A DNA stretch of 32,000 nucleotides. Origin: Alkalilimnicola ehrlichii MLHE-1 (lineage in GTDB: Bacteria; Pseudomonadota; Gammaproteobacteria; Nitrococcales; Halorhodospiraceae). Below, piece after piece: positions 1-14,930 of the stretch. The notes under the pieces are model-generated. The model saw nothing but the letters and a program-made list of their open reading frames with translations, was not told where the DNA came from and did no database searches. The stretch covers positions 510,001 to 542,000 of the forward strand of contig NC_008340.1 in NCBI RefSeq assembly GCF_000014785.1, given 5' to 3'. Made by a program: the position numbers and the translations under genes. How positions within the stretch are numbered: the stretch's first letter is position 1; each line of letters starts with the position of its first letter.

Positions 1-3392
<3,392 letters not shown>

Positions 3393-3399
3393 AGGCTTG

Positions 3400-3429
3400 C
3401 AGCTTGCGGGCCTGGTGGCCCGCAAGCTG
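3400..3429 (+). repeat. Perfect 13-bp inverted repeat (CAGCTTGCGGGCC / GGCCCGCAAGCTG, 4-nt loop), no T-tract
   Basis: Read directly; arms 3400-3412 and 3417-3429, immediately abutting a TTGACA hexamer. Confidence 0.85.
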
Positions 3430-3458
3430 TTGACACGCACCAAGTGTCAGCCTAGAAT
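3430..3458 (+). promoter_or_regulatory. Putative sigma70-type promoter of the str operon
   Basis: TTGACA (3430-3435), 17-nt spacer, TAGAAT (3453-3458), upstream of rpsL. Confidence 0.7.
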
Positions 3459-3468
3459 TGCCGTCCTT

Positions 3469-3500
3469 CGACAGGCCGGGCCGCCCCCGGCCTGTCGTTT
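3469..3500 (+). terminator. Intrinsic terminator-like / attenuator-like hairpin in the rpoC-rpsL gap
   Basis: Perfect 12-bp stem CGACAGGCCGGG / CCCGGCCTGTCG (3469-3480, 3486-3497) followed by TTTATT. Confidence 0.6.
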
Positions 3501-3527
3501 ATTCTAATCAGGAAGTGAGCGTTTCCT

Positions 3528-3902
3528 ATGGCGACGATCAATCAGCTGGTCCGTAAAGGGCGTAAGCGCCGTGTGGCCAAGAGCAACGTCCCAGCGCTGG
3601 AGGCATCGCCTCAGAAGCGCGGCGTCTGCACCCGGGTCTACACGACCACGCCGAAGAAGCCGAACTCGGCGCTGCGTAAGGTCGCGCGCGTGCGGCTTAC
3701 CAATAACTATGAGGTGAGCTCCTACATCGGTGGTGAGGGGCACAACCTCCAGGAACACTCCGTTGTTCTGATTCGGGGTGGTCGTGTCAAGGACTTGCCG
3801 GGTGTGCGCTACCACGTGGTGCGTGGTGCGGCGGATACCGCCGGGGTCGACAAGCGCCGCCAGGGCCGTTCCAAGTACGGCGCCAAGCGGCCGAAGTCCT
3901 GA
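3528..3902 (+). CDS. rpsL: 30S ribosomal protein S12
   Basis: 124 aa, [13 protein letters not shown]..., [35 protein letters not shown] signatures. Confidence 0.98.
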   Translation: MATINQLVRKGRKRRVAKSNVPALEASPQKRGVCTRVYTTTPKKPNSALRKVARVRLTNNYEVSSYIGGEGHNLQEHSVVLIRGGRVKDLPGVRYHVVRGAADTAGVDKRRQGRSKYGAKRPKS

Positions 3903-3942
3903 TCGGCCACGCGGTCGGCAGTCCGGTTTTCTCAAGGGTTAG

Positions 3943-4422
<480 letters not shown>

Positions 4423-4446
4423 GCAACGCCAATCGGGGTATTAGCT

Positions 4447-6546
4447 GTGGCACGCAAGACACCCATCGAACGGTATCGCAACATCGGCATCATGGCCCAC
4501 ATCGATGCCGGCAAGACGACCGCGACCGAGCGCATCCTGTTCTACACCGGTATCTCCCACAAGATTGGGGAGACCCACGAAGGGGCCGCGGTGATGGACT
4601 GGATGTCGCAGGAGCAGGAGCGTGGGATCACCATCACCTCCGCTGCGACGACCGCGTTCTGGCAGGGTATGGACCAGCAATACCCCCAGCATCGCATCAA
4701 CATCATCGACACCCCCGGTCACGTGGACTTCACCATTGAGGTGGAGCGCTCCCTGCGTGTGCTGGACGGGGCCATTGCCGTGTTCTGCGCGGTGGGTGGT
4801 GTCGAGCCGCAGTCCGAGACCGTTTGGCGCCAGGCGACCAAGTACGAAGTGCCGCGTATGGCCTTCGTCAACAAGATGGACCGCGCCGGCGCCAATTTCG
4901 GGCGCGTGGTCGAGCAGATCCGCACCCGGCTGAAGGCCACCCCGGTGCCACTGCAGCTTCCCATCGGGGCCGAGGACGAGTTCAAGGGCGTTGTCGACCT
5001 GGTCCGGATGAAGGCGATCTACTGGAACGAAGAGGACATGGGGGTCACCTACGAGCAGACCGATGTCCCGGCCGAGCTGGCCGATGAGGCTGCCGAGGCC
5101 CGTGAGTTCCTGGTGGAGGCCGCCGCCGAGGCCGACGAAGAGCTCATGGACAAGTACCTCGAAGGGGGTGAGTTGACCGTCGAGGAGATCAACCGGGGCC
5201 TGCGGGCGCGAACCCTGGCCAACGAGATCGTCCCGGCCTTCTGCGGCAGCGCCTTCAAGAACAAAGGCGTGCAGGCGCTGCTCGATGGCGTGATCGAATA
5301 CCTCCCGTCGCCGGTGGATGTCCCCGCCATCGAGGGCGAGCTGGACGATGCCGATGGCACCGTCGCCACCCGGAAGCCGGGCGACGATCAGCCCTTCGCG
5401 GCACTGGCCTTTAAGATCGCCACCGACCCCTATGTGGGCACGCTAACCTTCTTCCGGGTCTACTCCGGCGTGGTGCAGACCGGCGACACCGTCTTCAACC
5501 CGGTGAAGGGCAAGAAGGAGCGTCTGGGCCGTATCGTGCAGATGCACGCCAACTCCCGTGAGGAGATCAAAGAGGTGCGTGCCGGCGATATCGCCGCCGC
5601 CGTCGGCCTGAAGGACGTCACCACCGGTGACACCCTTTGCGACATCAATAACAAGATCACCCTGGAGCGGATGGAGTTCCCCGATCCGGTGATCTCGGTC
5701 GCGGTGGAGCCGAAGACCAAGGGCGACCAGGAAAAGATGGGCATGGCCCTGGGCAAGCTGGCCCAGGAGGACCCCTCCTTCCAGGTCCGCACCGACGAGG
5801 AGTCCGGCCAGACCATTATCTCCGGCATGGGCGAGCTGCACCTGGACATCATCGTCGACCGCCTGAAGCGGGAGTTCAAGGTCGAGGCCAATGTAGGCGC
5901 GCCGCAGGTGGCCTACCGGGAGACCATTCGCAAGACGGTGGAGCAGGAAGGCAAGTTCGTGCGCCAGTCGGGCGGTCGCGGCCAGTACGGCCACGTCCAC
6001 CTGCGGATCTCACCGCAGGAGCGCAACGCCGGTTACGAGTTCGTCAACTCCATCGTCGGTGGTGTGGTTCCGAAGGAATACATTCCCTCGGTGGATAAAG
6101 GTGCCTACGAGGCGCTGGAAAATGGTATCCTTGCCGGCTTCCCTGCGATCGACGTGAAGGTCGAGCTGTACGACGGCTCTTATCACGACGTCGACTCCTC
6201 CGAGGCCGCCTTCAAGATCGCCGGCTCCATGGCGATGAAGGAAGGGTTCATGAAGGCCGACCCGGTGCTCCTGGAGCCCATCATGCGGGTCGAGGTGGTC
6301 ACGCCGGAGGAGTACATGGGCGATGTCATGGGCGATCTCAACCGACGCCGTGGCACCGTTCAGGGCATGGAGGACGGCCCTTCCGGCAAGATCATCCGGG
6401 CCCAGGTCCCGCTGAAGGAGATGTTCGGTTACGCCACCGACCTCCGTTCGGCCACCCAGGGCCGCGCCTCCTACGTCATGTTCTTCGACGAGTACCAGGA
6501 GGCCCCGGCGAGCATCGCCGACGAGATCATCAAGAAGGCCTCCTGA
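4447..6546 (+). CDS. fusA: Elongation factor G
   Basis: 699 aa, GTG start; GHIDAGKTT-type G1 motif ([16 protein letters not shown]), [17 protein letters not shown]. Confidence 0.98.
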   Translation: MARKTPIERYRNIGIMAHIDAGKTTATERILFYTGISHKIGETHEGAAVMDWMSQEQERGITITSAATTAFWQGMDQQYPQHRINIIDTPGHVDFTIEVERSLRVLDGAIAVFCAVGGVEPQSETVWRQATKYEVPRMAFVNKMDRAGANFGRVVEQIRTRLKATPVPLQLPIGAEDEFKGVVDLVRMKAIYWNEEDMGVTYEQTDVPAELADEAAEAREFLVEAAAEADEELMDKYLEGGELTVEEINRGLRARTLANEIVPAFCGSAFKNKGVQALLDGVIEYLPSPVDVPAIEGELDDADGTVATRKPGDDQPFAALAFKIATDPYVGTLTFFRVYSGVVQTGDTVFNPVKGKKERLGRIVQMHANSREEIKEVRAGDIAAAVGLKDVTTGDTLCDINNKITLERMEFPDPVISVAVEPKTKGDQEKMGMALGKLAQEDPSFQVRTDEESGQTIISGMGELHLDIIVDRLKREFKVEANVGAPQVAYRETIRKTVEQEGKFVRQSGGRGQYGHVHLRISPQERNAGYEFVNSIVGGVVPKEYIPSVDKGAYEALENGILAGFPAIDVKVELYDGSYHDVDSSEAAFKIAGSMAMKEGFMKADPVLLEPIMRVEVVTPEEYMGDVMGDLNRRRGTVQGMEDGPSGKIIRAQVPLKEMFGYATDLRSATQGRASYVMFFDEYQEAPASIADEIIKKAS

Positions 6547-6614
6547 GGCTGATCGGACTGAGATAGCGGGCGGGCGCACAGGTCGCCCGGGCAGAAAAAG
6601 CAACGAGGTGTGTC

Positions 6615-7805
6615 GTGTCCAAGAGCAAGTTTGAGCGTAAGAAGCCACACGTAAACGTAGGGACCATTGGTCACGTTGACCATGGTAAGACGACGCTGAC
6701 GGCGGCGATGACGGTGGTGCTGGCGGAAGCGTTTGGGGGTGACGCCCGGGCCTTTGATCAGATTGACAACGCGCCGGAGGAGAAGGCGCGTGGTATCACG
6801 ATTGCGACGGCGCACGTGGAGTATGAGACGAGTGAGCGTCACTATGCGCACGTGGACTGCCCGGGTCACGCGGATTATGTGAAGAACATGATCACGGGTG
6901 CGGCGCAGATGGACGGTGCCATTTTGGTGGTGTCTGCTGCGGACGGTCCGATGCCGCAGACGCGGGAGCACATTTTGCTGGCGCGTCAGGTGGGTGTGCC
7001 GTACATCGTGGTTTACCTGAACAAGGCGGACATGGTGGACGACGAGGAGCTTCTGGAGCTGGTGGAGATGGAGGTCCGGGAGCTTCTGAGTGATTACGAT
7101 TTCCCGGGTGATGACACGCCGGTGATCACGGGTTCGGCGCTGAAGGCGCTGGAGGGTGATGACTCGGAGATTGGCAAGCCGTCGATCATCAAGCTGGCGG
7201 AGGCGATGGATGAGTACATTCCGACGCCGGAGCGTCCGGTGGATCAGCCGTTCCTGATGCCGATTGAGGACGTGTTCTCGATTTCGGGTCGGGGCACGGT
7301 GGTGACGGGTCGTGTGGAGCGTGGTGTGATCAAGACCGGTGAGGAGGTTGAGATTGTGGGTCTGAAGGAGACCCAGAAGACGACCTGCACGGGTGTTGAG
7401 ATGTTCCGCAAGATGCTGGACCAGGGTGAGGCCGGTGATAACATCGGTGCGCTGCTGCGTGGCACCAAGCGAGATGAGGTGGAGCGTGGTCAGGTGCTGT
7501 GCAAGCCGGGCAGCATCACGCCGCACACGAAGTTTGAGTGTGAGGTGTACGTGCTGAGCAAGGACGAGGGGGGTCGACACACCCCGTTCTTTAACGGTTA
7601 CCGTCCGCAGTTTTACTTCCGTACCACGGACGTGACCGGTTCCTGCGAGCTGCCCGAGGGTGTGGAGATGGTGATGCCGGGTGACAACGTCAAGATGACG
7701 GTGTCGCTGATTGCGCCCATCGCCATGGAAGATGGGCTGCGTTTCGCGGTCCGCGAGGGCGGCCGCACCGTGGGTGCCGGCGTCGTCTCCAAGATCATCG
7801 AGTAA
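6615..7805 (+). CDS. tuf: Elongation factor Tu
   Basis: 396 aa, GTG start; [57 protein letters not shown]. Confidence 0.99.
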   Translation: MSKSKFERKKPHVNVGTIGHVDHGKTTLTAAMTVVLAEAFGGDARAFDQIDNAPEEKARGITIATAHVEYETSERHYAHVDCPGHADYVKNMITGAAQMDGAILVVSAADGPMPQTREHILLARQVGVPYIVVYLNKADMVDDEELLELVEMEVRELLSDYDFPGDDTPVITGSALKALEGDDSEIGKPSIIKLAEAMDEYIPTPERPVDQPFLMPIEDVFSISGRGTVVTGRVERGVIKTGEEVEIVGLKETQKTTCTGVEMFRKMLDQGEAGDNIGALLRGTKRDEVERGQVLCKPGSITPHTKFECEVYVLSKDEGGRHTPFFNGYRPQFYFRTTDVTGSCELPEGVEMVMPGDNVKMTVSLIAPIAMEDGLRFAVREGGRTVGAGVVSKIIE

Positions 7806-7809
7806 CATC

Positions 7810-8121
7810 ATGGCGAATCAGAGAATCCGAATTCGACTGAAGGCGTTCGATCACCGTTTGATCGATCAGTCTGCGCGGGAGATCGTAGAGACGGCGAAGC
7901 GGACCGGGGCGCATGTCAAGGGCCCGATCCCATTGCCAGTGAAGAAGGAAAAGTTTACGATCCTCATCTCGCCGCACGTCAACAAGGACGCGCGGGACCA
8001 GTATGAGATCCGTACCCACAAGCGCCTCATGGATATCATCGACCCCACTGATAAGACGGTCGATGCCCTTATGAAGCTGGATCTCGCCGCTGGCGTAGAC
8101 GTTCAGATCAAGCTGTACTGA
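7810..8121 (+). CDS. rpsJ: 30S ribosomal protein S10
   Basis: 103 aa starting at ATG 7810 ([19 protein letters not shown]...); the longer track ORF from 7711 is an overextension into tuf. Confidence 0.97.
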   Translation: MANQRIRIRLKAFDHRLIDQSAREIVETAKRTGAHVKGPIPLPVKKEKFTILISPHVNKDARDQYEIRTHKRLMDIIDPTDKTVDALMKLDLAAGVDVQIKLY

Positions 8122-8145
8122 ACCCGTCCGTCAAAGCCTATGCCG

Positions 8146-8168
8146 CCCCGCCGCACCCGCCGGCGGGG
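8146..8168 (+). repeat. GC-rich hairpin between rpsJ and rplC
   Basis: CCCCGCCG (8146-8153) / CGGCGGGG (8161-8168), 7-nt loop. Confidence 0.5.
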
Positions 8169-8195
8169 GGTACGCTTTGTTGATAGGAGTCAACC

Positions 8196-8852
8196 ATGTC
8201 TATCGGAATAGTCGGCCGCAAAGCCGGCATGACGCGCGTCTTCACTGAGGACGGGGCGTCGGTGCCGGTTACGGTTATTGAGGCCTCGCCCAACCGGGTC
8301 ACGCAGGTGCGCACCCCGGAGCGCGATGGCTACAGCGGCGTGCAGGTGACCGCCGGCAGCCGCCGTCCCAACCGGGTCAGCAAGCCCATGGCAGGGCATT
8401 TCGCCGCCGCCGGCGTCGATGCCGGTCGCGGTGTCTGGGAGTTCCGCGTCAGCGACGGTCAGGCCATTGAGCTTGAGGCCGGCAAAGAGCTGACCGTGGA
8501 GACCTTCGAGGCCGGTCAGGTGGTGGACATCACCGGCACCAGCAAGGGCAAGGGCTTCGCCGGCACCGTCAAGCGGCACAACTTCCGCACCCAGGACGCG
8601 ACCCACGGCAACTCCCTGGCGCACCGGGCCCCGGGCTCCATCGGTCAGAACCAGACCCCCGGCCGGGTGTTCAAGGGCAAGAAGATGGCCGGCCAGATGG
8701 GTAACAAGCGCAGCACCGTCAAGAATCTCGAGGTGGTGCGCGTGGATGCCGAGCGCCATCTCCTCCTGGTGCGCGGCTCGGTGCCCGGCGCGGTGGGCAG
8801 TGATGTCATCGTGCGCCCCGCGCGCAACCAGCGAAAGAAGGGGGATAGCTGA
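8196..8852 (+). CDS. rplC: 50S ribosomal protein L3
   Basis: 218 aa, [16 protein letters not shown]..., [13 protein letters not shown]. Confidence 0.97.
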
Positions 8853-9469
8853 TGGAACTTCAGCTCAGGAACGCGCAGGGTCAGACCGACGGCTCGGTGC
8901 AGGTGGCGGACGCCGCCTTCGGCGACCGGTTCCGCGAGGCGCTGATCCATCAGGTGGTCGTGGCCTATCTCGCCGGCGCCCGCGCCGGGACCCGCGCCCA
9001 GAAGACCCGCGCCGAAGTGCGCGGTGGCGGCGCCAAGCCCTGGCGGCAGAAAGGCACTGGCCGGGCCCGCGCCGGCACTATCCGCAGCCCGATCTGGGTC
9101 GGCGGTGGCCGCGCTTTCGCGGCCCGGCCGCAGGACCACGGCCAAAAGGTCAACAAGAAGATGTACCGCGGTGCCCTCCGCTCCATCTTCTCCGAGTTGG
9201 CCCGTCAGGAGCGCCTGGTGGTGGTCGAGAGCATCGGCGTCGATGAGCCCAAGACCGCCAAGCTCGCTGCCCAACTGGAGCAGTTGGGCGTTGAGCGGCC
9301 GCTGATCGTCGCCGACGAGGTGGATCAGAACCTGTACCTGGCGGCCCGTAACCTGCCGGGCGTGGATGTCCGCGACGTCCCCGGGCTCGACCCGGTGGCC
9401 CTGGTGGGTGCCGAGCAGGTGGTCATTACCGTGCAGGCCCTGCGTCAGGTCGAGGAGTGGCTGTCATGA
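8852..9469 (+). CDS. rplD: 50S ribosomal protein L4
   Basis: 205 aa, [27 protein letters not shown]; start overlaps the rplC stop by 1 nt. Confidence 0.97.
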
Positions 9470-9765
9470 GAATCGAGCGTTTGTACGAGGTCGTGCGCGC
9501 GCCGCACATCTCTGAAAAGAGCACCCTGGCAGCCGAGGAGCGCAACGAGGTGGTCTTCAAGGTCGCCGTGGATGCCCGCAAGGCGGAGATCCGCCAGGCC
9601 GTCGAGCAGCTGTTCGACGTCAAGGTCCGGGACGTGCGCACCGTCAAGATGAAGGGTAAGCGCAAGCGTTTCGGCCGGCTGGAGGGCAAGCGGCCCGACT
9701 GGAAGAAGGCCTACGTCACCCTGGAAGAGGGTAACGAGATCGATTTCCTCGGCGGCGCCGAGTAA
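9466..9765 (+). CDS. rplW: 50S ribosomal protein L23
   Basis: 99 aa from ATG 9466 ([20 protein letters not shown]); the ATGA overlap with rplD supports this start over the track start at 9457. Confidence 0.95.
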
Positions 9766-9772
9766 CGTTCAC

Positions 9773-9792
9773 GGGCAGCGGCAAGGCTGCCC
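9773..9792 (+). repeat. Short hairpin between rplW and rplB
   Basis: GGGCAGC / GCTGCCC, 6-nt loop. Confidence 0.4.
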
Positions 9793-9813
9793 CAGACTGG
9801 AACGGGCAGAACA

Positions 9814-10638
9814 ATGGCACTGGTTAAGGCAAAACCGACTTCTCCGGGGCGCCGCTTCGTCGTGACGGTGCGCAATAAGGAGCTCCACGCCGGGGCGCCT
9901 TATGAGCCGCTGGTCGAGAAGAAGACTCGCAAGGGCGGTCGCAACAACACCGGGCGGATCACCACGCGGCACCGCGGCGGCGGTCACAAGCAGCGCTACC
10001 GGGTGATCGACTTCCGTCGCGACAAGGACGGGGTCCCCGGGCAGGTGGAGCGGCTGGAGTACGATCCCAACCGCAGCGCCAATATTGCATTGGTACTTTA
10101 TCGGGACGGCGAGAGAAGGTATATTATCGCGCCCCGTGGCGTCTCGGCCGGTACGGAGATCGTTTCCGGGGTCGATGCGCCAATCAAACCGGGCAATGCG
10201 CTGCCGCTGCGCAATATCCCGGTGGGCACGCAGGTGCACTGCGTGGAGCTGCGCCCGGGCAAGGGTGCCCAGTTGGCGCGCTCCGCCGGTGCCAACGCCC
10301 AGTTGGTTGCGCGGGAAGGGCGCTACGCCACCGTGCGGCTGCGTTCGGGTGAGATGCGCCAGGTGCTGGCCGAGTGCAAGGCCACCGTCGGCGAGGTCGG
10401 CAACTCCGAGCACGCGCTGCGCTCGCTCGGCAAGGCCGGCGCCAAGCGGCACAAGGGTATTCGTCCCACCGTTCGTGGTGTTGCCATGAACCCGGTCGAC
10501 CACCCCCATGGTGGCGGTGAGGGCCGGACCTCCGGCGGCCGCCACCCGGTTTCGCCGTGGGGTGTGCCCACTAAGGGTCACAAGACCCGCAGCAACAAGC
10601 GCACCGACAAGTTCATTGTGCGCCGTCGGAAACGCTAA
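9814..10638 (+). CDS. rplB: 50S ribosomal protein L2
   Basis: 274 aa, [46 protein letters not shown]. Confidence 0.98.
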
Positions 10639-10660
10639 GGATTAACGAGGGTCGTCTACC

Positions 10661-10933
10661 GTGCCACGTTCAGTCAAAAAGGGTCCGTTCGTTGATGGCC
10701 ACCTGCTCAGCAAGGTGGAGAAGGCGCGCGAGAGCAACAGCAAGCGGCCGATCAAGACCTGGTCGCGGCGGTCCATGGTCCTGCCGCAGATGGTGGGCCT
10801 GACTATCGCCATCCACAACGGTCGTCAGCATGTGCCGGTCCTGATCAATGAGAACATGGTCGGCCACAAGCTCGGTGAGTTCGCTGCGACCCGCACCTAC
10901 CGCGGTCACGCGGCGGGCAAGAAAACCAAGTAG
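10661..10933 (+). CDS. rpsS: 30S ribosomal protein S19
   Basis: 90 aa, GTG start, [27 protein letters not shown]. Confidence 0.97.
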
Positions 10934-10942
10934 GGGTAAGGC

Positions 10943-11278
10943 ATGGAAACTTCCGCCAAACTCAAGTTCTCGCGCCTGTCGCCGCAGAAGGCGCGGTTGG
11001 TCGCAGACCAGGTGCGCGGGCTGCCGGTCGAGAAGGCGCTCGAGATTCTCGAATTCAGCCCGAAAAAGGCTGCTGCGATCGTGCGCAAGGTGCTCGATTC
11101 GGCGGTTGCCAACGCTGAGCACAACGATGGGGCCGACATCGACGCCCTGCGCGTCGCGCGCATCTTCGTCGATGAGGGGCCGATGCTCAAGCGGATTCGC
11201 CCGCGAGCCAAGGGGCGGGCCAACCGCATCCTGAAGCGGACCAGCCACATCACCGTCACGGTGGCAGAGCAGCAGTAA
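10943..11278 (+). CDS. rplV: 50S ribosomal protein L22
   Basis: 111 aa, [28 protein letters not shown]. Confidence 0.97.
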   Translation: METSAKLKFSRLSPQKARLVADQVRGLPVEKALEILEFSPKKAAAIVRKVLDSAVANAEHNDGADIDALRVARIFVDEGPMLKRIRPRAKGRANRILKRTSHITVTVAEQQ

Positions 11279-11290
11279 AGAGGGGCCGTA

Positions 11291-11971
11291 ATGGGGCACA
11301 AAGTACATCCTACGGGTTTTCGTCTCGGTGTCACCGAAGACTGGCGGTCCATGTGGTACGCCGGCAGCAGTAACTTCGGTGAGTACCTCAACACCGATCT
11401 GCAGGTGCGCAACTTCATTCGTAAGAAGCTCGCGCACGCATCGGTGAGCCGGATCCGCATCGAGCGGCCCGCAAAGAACGCGCTGGTGACCATCCACACC
11501 GCCCGTCCCGGCATTGTCATTGGGAAAAAGGGCGAGGATATCGATCGGCTGCGGGGCGAAGTGGCCCGGCTGATGGGTGTACCGGTGCACATCAACATTG
11601 AAGAGATCCGCAAGCCGGAGCTCGACGCCAAGCTGGTCGCCGAGAGTGTGGCCCAGCAGCTGGAGCGGCGCATCATGTTCCGCCGCGCCATGAAGCGGGC
11701 CGTGGGCAACGCCATGCGGCTCGGCGCCCAGGGCATCAAGGTGCACGTCTCCGGTCGTCTCAACGGCGCCGAGATCGCGCGCAGCGAGTGGTACCGCGAG
11801 GGGCGCGTGCCGCTGCATACCCTGCGCGCCAACATCGACTACGGGGTCGCCGAGGCCCACACCACCTATGGCGTGATCGGCGTCAAGGTCTGGGTCTTCA
11901 AGGGCGAGATCATCGACAGCGACGCCCAGCCGGCGGCTGGTGGCGAAGGCGCCCGTCAGGGCAAGGGTTGA
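11291..11971 (+). CDS. rpsC: 30S ribosomal protein S3
   Basis: 226 aa, [30 protein letters not shown] motif. Confidence 0.98.
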   Translation: MGHKVHPTGFRLGVTEDWRSMWYAGSSNFGEYLNTDLQVRNFIRKKLAHASVSRIRIERPAKNALVTIHTARPGIVIGKKGEDIDRLRGEVARLMGVPVHINIEEIRKPELDAKLVAESVAQQLERRIMFRRAMKRAVGNAMRLGAQGIKVHVSGRLNGAEIARSEWYREGRVPLHTLRANIDYGVAEAHTTYGVIGVKVWVFKGEIIDSDAQPAAGGEGARQGKG

Positions 11972-11975
11972 AGTC

Positions 11976-12389
11976 ATGCTACAGCCGAAGAGAACGAAGT
12001 TTCGGAAACAGCAGAAGGGCCGCAACTACGGCCTGGCCTCGCGCGGCAACGCCGTCTCCTTCGGTGAGTACGGGCTCAAGGCCGTGACGCGCGGTCCGAT
12101 TACCGCGCGCCAGATCGAGGCCGGCCGGCGGGCCATCAACCGCCACGTCAAGCGTGGTGGCAAGGTCTGGATCCGGGTCTTCCCGGACAAGCCGATCACC
12201 GCCAAGCCGCTGGAAGTGCGGCAGGGTAAGGGTAAGGGCAACGTGGACCACTGGGCCTTTCCGGTGCAGCCGGGCCGCGTGCTCTATGAGATCGAGGGCG
12301 TTTCCGAGGAGCTGGCGCGCGAGGCGTTCCGCCGCGCGGCGGCCAAGCTGCCGGTCAGGACCACCTTTGTGCAGCGGACGGTGCTGTGA
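11976..12389 (+). CDS. rplP: 50S ribosomal protein L16
   Basis: 137 aa from ATG 11976 ([19 protein letters not shown]); the track ORF start at 11940 lies within rpsC. Confidence 0.96.
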
Positions 12390-12586
12390 TGAAAGCGAGC
12401 GAACTCAGAGAGAAAGACGTAACCGCTCTGCAGGCCGAGCTCGGTGAGCGCCTCAAGGAGCGTTTTAACCTGCGCATCCAACAGGCGACCGGGCAACTGG
12501 CGCGGCCGGATCAACTCCGGAAGGTTCGTCGCGACATCGCCCGGGTCAAGACGGTGCTCAACGAGAAGACGGCAGGTAAGGCGTGA
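12389..12586 (+). CDS. rpmC: 50S ribosomal protein L29
   Basis: 65 aa, [37 protein letters not shown]; start overlaps the rplP stop. Confidence 0.94.
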
Positions 12587-12849
12587 TGACTGAGAATGAG
12601 AAGGTGACCCGGAACGTCCAGGGCCGGGTAGTCAGCAACAAGGCCGACAAGACCATCACGGTGCTGGTGGAGCGGCGGGTTCGTCATCCGCTTTATGGGA
12701 AGTACATCCGGCGCTCTTCCAAGATGCAAGCCCACGACGAAGGCAATGAGTGCCAGGTCGGGGATGTGGTCACCATCGAGCAGTGCCGGCCGATCTCCAA
12801 GAGCAAGGCCTGGCGGTTGGTCAAGGTACTCGAGCGCGCCGCTCAGTAA
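12586..12849 (+). CDS. rpsQ: 30S ribosomal protein S17
   Basis: 87 aa from ATG 12586, [31 protein letters not shown]. Confidence 0.95.
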   Translation: MTENEKVTRNVQGRVVSNKADKTITVLVERRVRHPLYGKYIRRSSKMQAHDEGNECQVGDVVTIEQCRPISKSKAWRLVKVLERAAQ

Positions 12850-12909
12850 GCGCGCGCAAGGCTCGACCCCAAGCGGTCGCAGTGCGGACACAGACAGCGG
12901 GATATCGCC

Positions 12910-13278
12910 ATGATTCAGATGCAGACCACCCTGGGTGTAGCCGACAATTCCGGCGCGCGCCAGGTCCAGTGTATTAAGGTGCTCGGGGGCTCCCGGCGCC
13001 GTTATGCCGGCATCGGCGACATTATCAAGGTGAGCGTCAAGGATGCGATCCCGCGTGGGCGGGTCAAGAAGGGCGAGGTGTACAACGCCGTCGTCGTTCG
13101 GACCCGCCGCGGTGTACGCCGTCCGGACGGCTCCGTCATCCGATTCGACGGCAATGCCGCCGTGCTGCTGAATAACCAGCTTCAGCCCATTGGAACCCGC
13201 GTATTCGGGCCCGTGACCCGGGAGCTGCGCAGCGAGAAGTTCATGCGCATCATCTCCCTGGCGCCCGAGGTGCTTTGA
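12910..13278 (+). CDS. rplN: 50S ribosomal protein L14
   Basis: 122 aa, [27 protein letters not shown]. Confidence 0.98.
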   Translation: MIQMQTTLGVADNSGARQVQCIKVLGGSRRRYAGIGDIIKVSVKDAIPRGRVKKGEVYNAVVVRTRRGVRRPDGSVIRFDGNAAVLLNNQLQPIGTRVFGPVTRELRSEKFMRIISLAPEVL

Positions 13279-13288
13279 AGAGGTAGTC

Positions 13289-13609
13289 ATGCGCAAGATC
13301 AGGCAAGGCGACGACGTCGTCATCATCGCCGGCAAGGACAAAGGCCGTCGCGGGCGTGTCATTCGGGTGTATCCCGACCAGGAGAAGCTCCTGGTCGAGA
13401 ACGTCAACGTGGTGAAGCGCCACCGAAAGGGTAACCCGCAGCAGGGCGAGGCCGGCGGCATCATCGAGCAGGAAAAGCCGATCCATCAGTCCAACGTGGC
13501 GCTCTACAACCCAGCCACGGAGAAGGGTGATCGTGTAGGCATCCGGGTGCTGGAGGACGGGAGCAAGGCCCGTTACTTCAAGTCCAACAACGAACTGGTC
13601 GACGGTTAA
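13289..13609 (+). CDS. rplX: 50S ribosomal protein L24
   Basis: 106 aa, [24 protein letters not shown]. Confidence 0.97.
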   Translation: MRKIRQGDDVVIIAGKDKGRRGRVIRVYPDQEKLLVENVNVVKRHRKGNPQQGEAGGIIEQEKPIHQSNVALYNPATEKGDRVGIRVLEDGSKARYFKSNNELVDG

Positions 13610-13618
13610 GGTGCGGTG

Positions 13619-14158
13619 ATGGTCAGGCTGCAAGAACAGTATCAAGCCGAGGTCAAGCAGGCCCTGCGGGACCGGTTCGGCTATGACAACGTGATGGAGA
13701 TTCCGCGGCTCAGCAAGGTCACCCTGAACATGGGCCTGGGCGAGGCGGTACGGGACAAGAAGGTCCTGGAGAGCGCGCAGGCGGAGATGGCGGAGATCGC
13801 CGGTCAGAAGCCGATTCTGACTTACGCCCGCAAGTCGGTGGCCGGGTTCAAGATCCGCGACGGCTGGCCCATCGGCTGCAAGGTGACGCTGCGCCGGGAG
13901 CGGATGTATGAGTTCCTGGACCGGTTCATCAACGTGGCCGCGCCGCGCATCCGCGACTTCCGCGGCTTCAATCCGCGGTCGTTTGACGGCCGGGGCAACT
14001 ACAACCTCGGTGTCCGGGAACAGCTGATCTTCCCGGAGATCGACTACGAAAAAGTGGACGCCGTGCGCGGGATGGATATCACCATCACCACGACGGCGAA
14101 GACCGACGAGGAGGGCCAGGCCCTGCTCGAAGGCTTCAACTTCCCGTTCCGCAAGTAA
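13619..14158 (+). CDS. rplE: 50S ribosomal protein L5
   Basis: 179 aa from ATG 13619 ([12 protein letters not shown]; track start GTG 13616 is possible), [30 protein letters not shown]. Confidence 0.96.
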   Translation: MVRLQEQYQAEVKQALRDRFGYDNVMEIPRLSKVTLNMGLGEAVRDKKVLESAQAEMAEIAGQKPILTYARKSVAGFKIRDGWPIGCKVTLRRERMYEFLDRFINVAAPRIRDFRGFNPRSFDGRGNYNLGVREQLIFPEIDYEKVDAVRGMDITITTTAKTDEEGQALLEGFNFPFRK

Positions 14159-14180
14159 ACAGACGAGATAGGTTCCGGCG

Positions 14181-14486
14181 ATGGCAAAGGTTTCAATGGT
14201 TGAGCGCGAGCGCAAGCGGCAGAAGACGGTCCGCCGCTTTGCCGCGAAGCGCGAGGCGCTGAAGGCGATTATCAACAGCGTTGACGCCACCCAGCAGGAG
14301 CGGTTCGAGGCGCAGCTGAAGTTGCAGAAGCTGCCGCGGGACTCGAGCCCTGTCCGGGGCAGGAACCGCTGCCGTGTGACCGGTCGGCCGAGGGGCTATT
14401 ACCGCAAGTTCGGGCTGGGGCGGAACAAGCTCCGCGAGGCGGCCATGAACGGCGAGATTCCCGGTCTGGTCAAGTCCAGCTGGTAA
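14181..14486 (+). CDS. rpsN: 30S ribosomal protein S14 (long, zinc-free form)
   Basis: 101 aa, [41 protein letters not shown]; lacks the CxxC zinc ribbon. Confidence 0.97.
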   Translation: MAKVSMVERERKRQKTVRRFAAKREALKAIINSVDATQQERFEAQLKLQKLPRDSSPVRGRNRCRVTGRPRGYYRKFGLGRNKLREAAMNGEIPGLVKSSW

Positions 14487-14521
14487 GCCCGCTCGCGCTA
14501 CCCATACAGGCAGGTATAACC

Positions 14522-14917
14522 ATGAGCATGACCGATCCCATTGCTGACATGCTGACCCGCGTTCGCAACGCCCAACGGGCGGAGAAGGCCGAAGTCAGCA
14601 TGCCGTCGTCGAAGATCAAGCAGGCCATCGCCAACGTGCTGAAGGAAGAGGGCTACATCGAGTCCTTTGAGGTCGGCGGCGATGAGAAGAAGCCGGAGCT
14701 GAAGATCAGCTTGCGCTACTACCAGGGCGAGCCGGTGATCCGCGAGCTGGAGCGGGCCTCCAGCCCGGGGCTGCGGCTGTTCAAGGACAAGGGTTCTCTG
14801 CCCCGCGTGCGTAACGGGCTGGGCGTGGCCATTGTCTCCACTTCCAAGGGCGTGATGACCGACCGTGCCGCCAGGGAGGCGGGTCACGGTGGTGAGGTGC
14901 TCTGCTACGTCTTCTAA
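14522..14917 (+). CDS. rpsH: 30S ribosomal protein S8
   Basis: 131 aa, [35 protein letters not shown]. Confidence 0.97.
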   Translation: MSMTDPIADMLTRVRNAQRAEKAEVSMPSSKIKQAIANVLKEEGYIESFEVGGDEKKPELKISLRYYQGEPVIRELERASSPGLRLFKDKGSLPRVRNGLGVAIVSTSKGVMTDRAAREAGHGGEVLCYVF

Positions 14918-14930
14918 GGCAGGTTGAACA

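Noticed and set aside
7711-7809. N-terminal extension of rpsJ into tuf
   Set aside because: S10 starts with [19 protein letters not shown] at 7810; the extension is out-of-frame tuf sequence.
6471-7811. Minus-strand 446-aa ORF opposite tuf
   Set aside because: Shadow of tuf; Thr/His-rich composition reflects the unusual GCG/ACG/GTG codon use on the sense strand.
10670-12025. Minus-strand 451-aa ORF and similar long antisense ORFs across the ribosomal cluster
   Set aside because: Antisense to rpsS-rplV-rpsC-rplP; His/Arg/Leu-rich composition is a third-position GC artefact.
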